Assembly: GCA_963782585.1 (NCBI GenBank)
Contig: CAWAKL010000012.1
Location: forward strand, 321,537-385,536
DNA: 64,000 nucleotides
Direction: 5' to 3'
Origin: an uncultured Acidobacteriota bacterium
GTDB lineage: Bacteria; Acidobacteriota; Thermoanaerobaculia; UBA5066; Gp7-AA6
Position numbers and translations under genes: made by a program. Below are positions 56,467 through 64,000 of the stretch, one piece after another (position 1 is the first letter of the stretch; the number at the start of each line of letters is the position of its first letter). The notes beneath the pieces were generated by a model that saw only the letters and a program-made list of their open reading frames with translations, did no database searches and was not told where the DNA came from.

Positions 56467-56754
56467 CGACCCGTGCGCCGCTCTTCGAGGAGCGCCTCGA
56501 GGATGGAGAACTTGGGATCGATCTTGATCGGCGGCCCGAGGACGATGGGTCCGGTCTTCTTCGGGGGAGACATGATGCCGCGCCGCTCAGCTTCGCGCAC
56601 CCATTCCGGAAGGTTCTCGTCCGATGGCGGGATCGGCTCGATGCGCGCGATCGGGCGTATCCCGGTCGTACACGATGATGGTCTCGCCCTTCCGGACCCG
56701 GGCGAGGTAGTCCGAGAGGCCGTCCCGGAGCTCAGAGATTCTGGCGTTCTTCAT
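56463..56754 (-). CDS. Phd/YefM-like antitoxin; apparent 1-nt insertion
   Basis: The ATG at 56752-56754 gives MKNARISELRDGLSDYLARVRKGETIIVYDRDTP. After removing one base at about 56652 it continues IARIEPIPPSDENLPEWVREAERRGIMSPPKK...LLEERRTGR* with the stop overlapping the vapC ATG. Confidence 0.7.
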
Positions 56755-56778
56755 GACGCCATTATAGCCAGATTGCGC

Positions 56779-57824
<1,046 letters not shown>

Positions 57825-57828
<4 letters not shown>

Positions 57829-59552
57829 CGGGACCCCGCGACGCCGGCGCCGCGGGCGCGGACCACGAGCGCGGCGCCGCCGCCGCGAGGGTCCGCCACC
57901 GAATGGAGCGTGCCGTTCGGTTCGACGGCGATCGCGTGGACGCGCCCGATCTTCTCCCGCTCGAGGATCTCGTGGCCCATCGTCCGCAGCTGCTGGATCC
58001 ACGCGTCGTCGAAGCGCCCGCGCTCGATCTGGATCGCATCGGGCAGATCCTGCTGGTGGAAGCGGGGGGCGGCCACGGCCTCCTCGAGCGACTGGCCGCG
58101 GAGCCGGCTGTGGAGAAGAACCTGCAGGTTCGTCGTCGGGATCGTGGAGCCTCCGGGTGAGCCCCAGACGAGGACGATCTTCCCTGCCGTGGATGCGATC
58201 GAGGGGCACATCGACGAGAGCATGCGTTTGCCGGGCGAGACGGCGTTCACCTCTCCCTGGACGAGGCCGTACAGGTTGGGCTCGCCGGGCCGTGTGGCGA
58301 AGTCGTCCATCTCGTTGTTCCACAGGAAGCCGAGACCCGAGGCGACCCGGGCGCTGCCGAAAGAATCGTTGAGCGTCGTCGTGACCGACACCGCCATCCC
58401 GCGGCCATCCACGACGGAGAAGTGCGTCGTCGTCGGTCTCTCGCCCGGCAATGACGAGAGGGCGGCCGTCGGGGTCGCGCGGCGCGGGTCGATCGTCCCG
58501 ACGAGCGTAGACAGGCGCGGGCGGTTGCGGAAGGGGCTCTGGCGCACGCCGGCGAAGGCGGGATCGCCGAGCCAGCGGTTGCGGTCGTAGAACGCGCGTT
58601 TCTCGATTTCGGCCAGCCAGTGCATGGACTCGACGCCGGGCGCGCGGAAGAGGGAGGGCCCCGCGATCTCGACCATCAGCGCCATCTCGGCCAGAACCGG
58701 CCCCGAGGAGGGCGCCGGCATCGTCACGACGTCGACGTTCTGGAAGCGGAAGCGGAAGGGCTTGCGCAGCTTGGGGACGTATTGCGCGAGGTCGCCGCGC
58801 GTGATGATGCCGCCGGAGCGTTTCTGTTCGTCCTCGATGGCCCGCGCGACGCGGCCGCGATAGAACCCGTCGGACGCGCGGTCGCGGATCGCTTCGAGCG
58901 TGCGGGCGAGCTCGGGCTGTCGAAAGAGGGTCCCCGGAACCGGCGGAGCGCCGCCGGGCAGGAAGATACGGGCCGCGGCCGGATCTTTGGCGAGACGCCC
59001 GGCCTCGCCGGCGATCGAGTCGGAGACGGTCTGCGTCATGACGAAGCCGTCGCGCGCGAGACGCACCGCCGGCTCGACCACGCGTTTCCAGGGAAGGCGC
59101 CCCGTCCGGCGATGGGCGAAGGCCAGCCCCGCGACGGATCCCGGAACGCCGGAGGCGAGGGCTCCTTCCTGCGAGGAGGGCGCGGGGCCGCCGTGGCGCG
59201 GCGGCAGGAAGAGGTCGCGCCGGGCGCCGCGGGGAGCGGTCTCGCGAAAATCGACGGGCGTCACGACGCCTTTCGCGTCGCGCGAGATCCAGAAACCTCC
59301 GCCGCCGATGTTGCCGGCCTCCGGCCACGTCACGGCGAGGGCGAACGCCACGGCGACGGCGGCGTCCGCCGCGTTGCCGCCCTGCTCCAGGATCTCGATC
59401 CCGACGCGGGCGGCGTTCTCTTCCGCCGCCGAGACGGCGCCTCCCTCGCCTCGCGCGGACTGAGGCGCCCGGGCGGGCGCCGGAGCCTGGGCGAGCACCG
59501 CCGCCGAAAGCGCGAAGGCGAGGCCGAGGACGGCGGCGAGACGCCTTTTCAC
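57825..59552 (-). CDS. ggt: Gamma-glutamyltransferase
   Basis: 575-aa ORF with a signal peptide. ...GGNAADAAVA...PEAGNIGGGGF... and the autoprocessing site context ...RPTTTHFSVVDGRGMAVSVTTTLN.... Confidence 0.92.
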
Positions 59553-59572
59553 TGCGCTATTCTACCGGCCCG

Positions 59573-60742
59573 ATGAAGTCGATCCGCGACCTGGCGCTTT
59601 CGGGCCGCCGGCTCTTTCTTCGCGTCGACTTCAACGTTCCCCTCGACGGCGGCCGGATCGAAGACGACACCCGCATCGTCGAAACGCTTCCCACGGTGAA
59701 GTTCGCGATCGAGCGCGGCGCGCGCGTCATCTGCGCGTCGCACCTGGGGAAAGCCAAGGGAAAGCCGAAGCCCGAGCTGTCTCTGGCTCCGATCGCCGTG
59801 CGCTTCGCCGAGCGCCTCGGCCGGCCGGTGCGGTTCGTCGACGACTGTGTGGGTCCCGAGGCCGAGCGCGCGGCGGGCGCCCTCGCGGACGGCGAAGTCC
59901 TTCTCCTCGAGAACCTCCGCTTTCATGCGGGTGAAGAAGCGAACGACCCGGCGTTTGCGAAGGCCCTCGCCGCTCTCGCCGAGGTCTATGTTGACGACGC
60001 CTTCGGCGCGGCGCACCGGGCGCACGCCTCGGTCGTCGGCGTGCCGAAGCTCGTCGCCGAGAAAGGGGCGGGCCTTCTGCTCGAGAAAGAGGTTCGCGAG
60101 CTCTCTCGCCTCCTCGAGCCCGAGCGTCCCTTCGCCGCGATCCTCGGCGGAGCCAAGATCTCCGGAAAGATCGATACGCTGCGCGTCCTCTCGCGCCGTG
60201 CCGATTTGCTGCTCGTCGGCGGCGGGATGGCGAACCACTTCGTTCGGGCGATCGGGCTCCCGGTCGGCAAGTCCCTGCTCGAAGAGGACAAGGTCCCGCT
60301 CGCCCGCGAGATTCTCGACTTCTGCAAAGAGTCCGGCAAGATGATCGCGCTGCCGTCGGACTTCGTCGTCGCGAAATCGCCCGACGACGGAGCGGGAGCG
60401 AAGACGGTCGGCATCGACAGGATCCCGGCGGGCGCGATGGCGCTGGACATCGGCCCGAAGACGCTCGAGCAGTTCCGCCGGCTCCTCGGCCCCGCCCGCA
60501 CGATTTTCTGGAACGGCCCGATGGGCGTTTTCGAGAAGCCGCCCTTCGACAAGGGCACGCGCGCGCTGGCGGAGCTCGTCGCGGGCTCGGAGGCCGTGAC
60601 GGTCGTCGGCGGCGGCGAAAGCGTCCAGGCCGCGAAGGAGTCCGGCGTCGCCGAAAAGTTCACTCACGTGTCGACCGGCGGGGGAGCGTCGCTGGAGTTT
60701 CTGGCGGAGGGCCGGCTGCCGGGAGTCGACGCCCTCGCCTGA
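59573..60742 (+). CDS. pgk: Phosphoglycerate kinase
   Basis: 389-aa ORF. ...RVDFNVPL......D.TRI....PT.....G.....SHLG.PKG...FENLRFH..EE.ND..FA..LA...VYV.DAFG.AHRAHAS...GGAK.S.KI......GGG.A..F...WNGP.GVFE...F..GT...GGG.S......STGGGASLE. Confidence 0.95.
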   Translation: MKSIRDLALSGRRLFLRVDFNVPLDGGRIEDDTRIVETLPTVKFAIERGARVICASHLGKAKGKPKPELSLAPIAVRFAERLGRPVRFVDDCVGPEAERAAGALADGEVLLLENLRFHAGEEANDPAFAKALAALAEVYVDDAFGAAHRAHASVVGVPKLVAEKGAGLLLEKEVRELSRLLEPERPFAAILGGAKISGKIDTLRVLSRRADLLLVGGGMANHFVRAIGLPVGKSLLEEDKVPLAREILDFCKESGKMIALPSDFVVAKSPDDGAGAKTVGIDRIPAGAMALDIGPKTLEQFRRLLGPARTIFWNGPMGVFEKPPFDKGTRALAELVAGSEAVTVVGGGESVQAAKESGVAEKFTHVSTGGGASLEFLAEGRLPGVDALA

Positions 60743-60744
60743 GC

Positions 60745-61455
60745 ATGCGCCTCATCGTCGCCAACTGGAAGATGCACAAGACGCGCGCCGAGGCGGCGGC
60801 GTTTGCGGCGGAGCTCTCCGAGCGGATCGACGACGGCATCCCCGGGCGCGAGCTCGTTGTGGCGCCGACCTTCACGGCGCTCGCCGAGGCGCGCGATGCC
60901 CGCGGCCGCTGGTCGCTCGCCTGCCAGAACGTCGCGGCGGAATCCGAGGGCGCGTTCACCGGCGAGGTCTCCGCGAAGCAGGCCGCCGACGCCGGATGCC
61001 GCTATGCGATCGTCGGCCACTCGGAGAGGCGACGGTTCTTCGCCGAGGATGGTCCGACGCTCGCGAAGAAGCTGGCCCGCTGCCGCGAGGCGTCGCTCAC
61101 ACCGATCTACTGCCTGGGGGAGACGGCCGAGGAGCGCGACGCGAGCCTCACGGCGTCGACGCTCGTTCGCCAGGTCGACACGCTCGCGGGCGATCCGCCG
61201 GATCTGCCGCTGGTCGTCGCGTACGAGCCGGTCTGGGCGATCGGGACGGGCCGGGCGGCCACGCCGGCGGACGCCGAAGCGGCGCGCGCGCACCTCGCCT
61301 CGCTCCTGGCCGCGCGCCGCTCCGTGCGCATCCTCTACGGCGGATCCGTAACCGCCGAGAACGCGGCCGCCCTCGCCCGGACCGGCATGGACGGCTTCCT
61401 GGTGGGGGGCGCGAGCCTCTCTCCGGCGGCTTTCGAGCTCATTGCCCGCGCTTGA
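60745..61455 (+). CDS. tpiA: Triosephosphate isomerase
   Basis: 236-aa ORF. ...ANWKMHKT...QNV......AFTGEVS....D.G..Y.IVGHSERR.......C.GE....R....YEPVWAIGTG..A....A......YGGSV...N. Confidence 0.95.
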   Translation: MRLIVANWKMHKTRAEAAAFAAELSERIDDGIPGRELVVAPTFTALAEARDARGRWSLACQNVAAESEGAFTGEVSAKQAADAGCRYAIVGHSERRRFFAEDGPTLAKKLARCREASLTPIYCLGETAEERDASLTASTLVRQVDTLAGDPPDLPLVVAYEPVWAIGTGRAATPADAEAARAHLASLLAARRSVRILYGGSVTAENAAALARTGMDGFLVGGASLSPAAFELIARA

Positions 61456-61510
61456 CGGCCCCCGCCCCGGCGCGTAAACTTCCGCCCCTTTTGCACCCTA
61501 CGGAGGCCCC

Positions 61511-61903
61511 GTGCTCTATATCGCCCTGGTCGTCCTGTACGTCATCATCTGCTTCTTCCTGATCCTCGTGGTCCTGCTCCAGCAGGGCAAGGGGGCCGAC
61601 ATTGCCGGCGCCTTCGGGGGCGGAGGAAGCCAGACGGCCTTCGGCGCCCGCGGCGCGACGACCTTCCTGCACAAGCTCACGACGGGCGCTTTCGTCGGCT
61701 TCATCCTGCTGTCGGTCGTCCTGTCGATCATGGAAGCGCGGCCAAGAAAGTCCGTCATCCAGACTCTTCCCGCGCAGGCAGCCGGCGAGAAGGCCCCGGC
61801 GGCTCCGGCTCCCGTCGTGCCCGCTCCGGCCGCGCCGGCCCCGGACAGCGCCCAACCCGCCCAGGGCGCCGCGCCATCCGCCACCGAGCCCGCGAAGCCA
61901 TAA
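61511..61903 (+). CDS. secG: Preprotein translocase subunit SecG with Pro/Ala-rich C-terminal extension
   Basis: 130-aa ORF (GTG start). ...[36 protein letters not shown]...FLHKLT...F...... Confidence 0.88.
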   Translation: MLYIALVVLYVIICFFLILVVLLQQGKGADIAGAFGGGGSQTAFGARGATTFLHKLTTGAFVGFILLSVVLSIMEARPRKSVIQTLPAQAAGEKAPAAPAPVVPAPAAPAPDSAQPAQGAAPSATEPAKP

Positions 61904-61917
61904 AATCGTCCCCCCGT

Positions 61918-62002
<85 letters not shown>

Positions 62003-62036
62003 TTTTCCAGAGTTGAAAGTTTGTTGAAGGGTTGAA

Positions 62037-62065
62037 GCGGGGGAGTAATCCCTTGCCTCCCCCGC
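62037..62065 (+). terminator. 9-bp GC hairpin downstream of tRNA-Leu (terminator-like, no U-run)
   Basis: GCGGGGGAG-taatcccttgc-CTCCCCCGC. It lies 35 nt after the tRNA and 25 nt before the next ATG. Confidence 0.45.
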
Positions 62066-62089
62066 GCGTCGGATCTGCAGGAGGTCCTG

Positions 62090-62914
62090 ATGCGCCGCGT
62101 GCTGCTGTCGCTCTCCGCGCTCCTGCTCCTCACCGCGAACGGTTTCGCAGCCTACTCGCCCTCGACCACGAACGGCTGGCTCGTCACGTCCGGCCGCGTG
62201 GCGGGCGCCGGCGGCTCTCTCTTCCGCACGGACGTGTGGCTCTTCAATCCGGACGAGGCGGAGACGGCCACGGCGACGCTGGTGCTTCATCCGGCGGTGA
62301 CGAGCGGCCAGGCGGCGGCGGAGGAGGTCTCCTCCGATCCGATCACGCTCGCGCCGCGGGAGACGCGCTTCTTCGCGGATGTCACGCTCGACACCGTGCC
62401 GGCGGGAGACGGCGTCGTGGGGGCGCTCGAGTGGCGGTCCGACCGGCCGCTCATGGCGGCGGCCCGCATCTACACGTTCACGCCGACCGGCACCTACGGG
62501 TTCTTCCTTCCCGCGCTCCCGCTCTCGGAATCGATGACGGCCAAGACGAGCGACGGCGATCTCGCGCACGCGCTCCAGATCTACGGCACCAACTCGGGCG
62601 ATGAGAACTTCCGGACGAACCTGGACGTCACGAATACGTCGAGCGTGACGCTCCCGATCGAGGTCCGCGTAATCGACGGAACATCCCAGATCCTCGGCGG
62701 CACGCGGACCTACAGCGTCGCTGCGGGCTCGTTGCTTCGCCTGGGGCAGATCTTCGAGGCCGTGGGGGCGCCGCTCGAGGACGGGCTCCGCGTCACGGTC
62801 GCGATCGCCGCGGGGACTGCGGTGCCCTCGGGCGGCATCCTCGCCGCCGCCTACACGCTCGACAACCGCACCCAGGACGCCTTCGCGTTCGTCGGGCAGC
62901 GGCAGACTCCCTAG
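62090..62914 (+). CDS. Secreted protein of unknown function (paralog family member P3)
   Basis: 274-aa ORF with GGAGG 6 nt upstream. Signal peptide MRRVLLSLSALLLLTANGFA. Family motifs are GGSLFRTDVWLFN, ARIYTFTP, FRTNLDVTNT and a C-terminal AAAYTLDNRTQDAFAFV. Confidence 0.75.
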   Translation: MRRVLLSLSALLLLTANGFAAYSPSTTNGWLVTSGRVAGAGGSLFRTDVWLFNPDEAETATATLVLHPAVTSGQAAAEEVSSDPITLAPRETRFFADVTLDTVPAGDGVVGALEWRSDRPLMAAARIYTFTPTGTYGFFLPALPLSESMTAKTSDGDLAHALQIYGTNSGDENFRTNLDVTNTSSVTLPIEVRVIDGTSQILGGTRTYSVAAGSLLRLGQIFEAVGAPLEDGLRVTVAIAAGTAVPSGGILAAAYTLDNRTQDAFAFVGQRQTP

Positions 62915-62919
62915 CAGCC

Positions 62920-62990
62920 GTCATCCTGAGCGAAGCGAAGGATCCCGAACTCAGTCTGGGATCCTTCGTCGCTACGCTCCTCAGGATGAC
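62920..62990. repeat. 71-bp imperfect inverted repeat (REP/MITE-like hairpin) between convergent genes
   Basis: Left arm GTCATCCTGAGCGAAGCGAAGGATCCC and right arm GGGATCCTTCGTCGCTACGCTCCTCAGGATGAC. The outer 11 bp and inner 11 bp pair perfectly, with an internal bulge and an 11-nt loop. Confidence 0.8.
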
Positions 62991-62996
62991 TGGCAA

Positions 62997-63353
62997 CTAC
63001 GGAACCGGGTCCGCCCCGCCCTCCGCCCACGGGTGGCAGCGCAGGATCCTGCCGGCCGCGAGCCCGAAACCTCTCGGGCTGCCGTAGCGAGCGATCGCCT
63101 CGCGGCCGTAGGCCGAGCAGCTCGGCGTGAAACGGCAGCGCACGAGGCCGCTCGAGGCGAGCCCGGGCGAGAGCGCGCGGCGATAGACGTCGATGGAGGC
63201 GACGGCGAGGCGGGAGATCGCTTGTCGCTCCGGGGGACGGAGAGCGTCGCCGACGACGAGACCCACGACGGCGGCGAGGATCATCGGCGCGAGGGAGGCG
63301 CGCGGCGCCGCCGGCGGCGGCTGAGGCGCCTCAGCGCTCGGCGCGGTTGGCAT
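62997..63353 (-). CDS. yidD: Membrane protein insertion efficiency factor YidD
   Basis: ...IDVYRRALSPGL.....CRFTPSCSAYGREAIARYG..RG..LA..RILRCHPW..GG.DPVP. The N-terminal 23 aa are low complexity. The ATG at 63284 is an alternative start that avoids overlap with the upstream gene. Confidence 0.85.
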   Translation of the reverse strand: MPTAPSAEAPQPPPAAPRASLAPMILAAVVGLVVGDALRPPERQAISRLAVASIDVYRRALSPGLASSGLVRCRFTPSCSAYGREAIARYGSPRGFGLAAGRILRCHPWAEGGADPVP

Positions 63354-63681
63354 AGCGCGACAGGCCGGGGATGATCAGCCGCTGCCCGCTCATCCCCTTG
63401 ACGGTCGCGAGCAGAGCGATCATCACGTAGAGCAGGCCGGCGATCGCCATCGTGACGCCGTAGACACACGAGAGCGACGGCACCAGGATGCCGACGAGCG
63501 TGGCGACCGTTCCCACCGCTGCGAGCGCGAGGAAGAGCGCGAGCCCGTTTCTCGCGTGCCACCGCACCTCCGCGTCGCGCCTGGCGAAGAAGAGGGGAAG
63601 GACTCCCAGGAAGCCCGCGTAGCAGACCGGCATGAGCCAGGCGCGAGCGCGGTGGGGAGTCGCCAGGCTCTCGGAGCTCAT
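63331..63681 (-). CDS. Small integral membrane protein (DUF4870-like)
   Basis: 116-aa ORF with three TM segments. A ...FFARRDAEVRWHARNGLALFL... pattern is similar to DUF4870 proteins. Confidence 0.55.
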   Translation of the reverse strand: MSSESLATPHRARAWLMPVCYAGFLGVLPLFFARRDAEVRWHARNGLALFLALAAVGTVATLVGILVPSLSCVYGVTMAIAGLLYVMIALLATVKGMSGQRLIIPGLSRYANRAER

Positions 63682-63707
63682 CCGGAGCCGAGGATATGCC
63701 GGGCGGG

Positions 63708-64000
63708 CTACTTCGCGAGCAGCCGGATCGTGCCGTTGACGGTTTCGCAGCGAAGGGCTTCGCCGCCGCCATTGAGCTTGCCGCGGGCTTCCTTGGGCCC
63801 GAACTTGCCCTCGACCGCCAGAGCGAAGTCGCCCTCGATTCTCCCGTTCACGGTCTCGAGCTCGTAGCTGATCGGCGAGCCCTTGTCGAACGCGATGTCG
63901 ATCGAGCCGTTGACCGTCTCGACGCGGCTCTTCTTGAAGGGCCCGCGGAAGCTCAGTCGGACCGATCCGTTCACCGTCGAGGCGCTCGTCGGCCCTTCGA
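63708..64000 (-). CDS. DUF4097-like (putative adhesin, beta-helical VNGSI repeats) protein; 5' end outside the window
   Basis: Track ORF 63708..63974 has the repeated motifs TVNGSIDI, TVNGRIEG and TVNGTIRL. The frame stays open to position 64000, so the gene is probably truncated by the window edge. Confidence 0.65.
   Translation of the reverse strand, partial: EGPTSASTVNGSVRLSFRGPFKKSRVETVNGSIDIAFDKGSPISYELETVNGRIEGDFALAVEGKFGPKEARGKLNGGGEALRCETVNGTIRLLAK

Noticed and set aside
6788-56652. Programmed ribosomal frameshifting or recoding as an explanation for the many broken genes.
   Set aside because: No shared slippery heptamer or downstream structure is present at the sites. The contexts are heterogeneous (homopolymers, GC runs, random positions). 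The affected genes are not known to use recoding. Sequence error or mutation is far more parsimonious.

Overview
This is a very GC-rich bacterial chromosomal segment. It has no rRNA, CRISPR array, transposase or integrase, and the gene content fits an Acidobacteria-like or similar soil lineage (inference only). I support about 60 genes.

Recognisable content, in order:
- a complete sufBCDSUT Fe-S assembly operon followed by an Rrf2 regulator
- a FecR/DUF6600-like repeat protein
- a DCC-LMF1 fusion membrane protein
- a hybrid sensor kinase plus a REC-PP2C response regulator
- two VapBC-type toxin-antitoxin pairs
- an S8 protease
- an aconitase-family protein, a membrane pseudokinase, an FKBP isomerase, a beta-lactamase-fold hydrolase and ilvE with a divergent MocR regulator
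- an S9 peptidase, a PLP decarboxylase and glk
- a DnaQ-like exonuclease and a WYL regulator
- a SAM-I riboswitch in front of a yitJ-like HMT/MTHFR fusion
- purD, thioredoxin-fold proteins, lepA-lepB-lepB, tsaD, mtnA, ggt, pgk-tpiA-secG and tRNA-Leu(GAG)

Most long ORFs in the six-frame track are antisense or out-of-frame artefacts of the high GC content.

Main observations:
1. At least 13 single-base insertions and one deletion interrupt otherwise conserved genes. Assembly error is more likely than gene decay.
2. A 30-bp tandem repeat array encodes (QQAQREQAEK)n and contains a frame-breaking extra G.
3. Three paralogous secreted two-module proteins of unknown function are present, one of them paired with the S8 protease.
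4. A four-gene cluster combines a large polytopic membrane protein, two tandem paralogous small proteins and a BamE-like protein.
5. Two copies of a (AGCTGAN)x5 heptamer array sit directly 3' of stop codons.
6. An orphan intrinsic terminator lies inside a noncoding region of about 550 nt upstream of glk.

I found no clearly novel multi-gene system. Items 3 and 4 are the best candidates.
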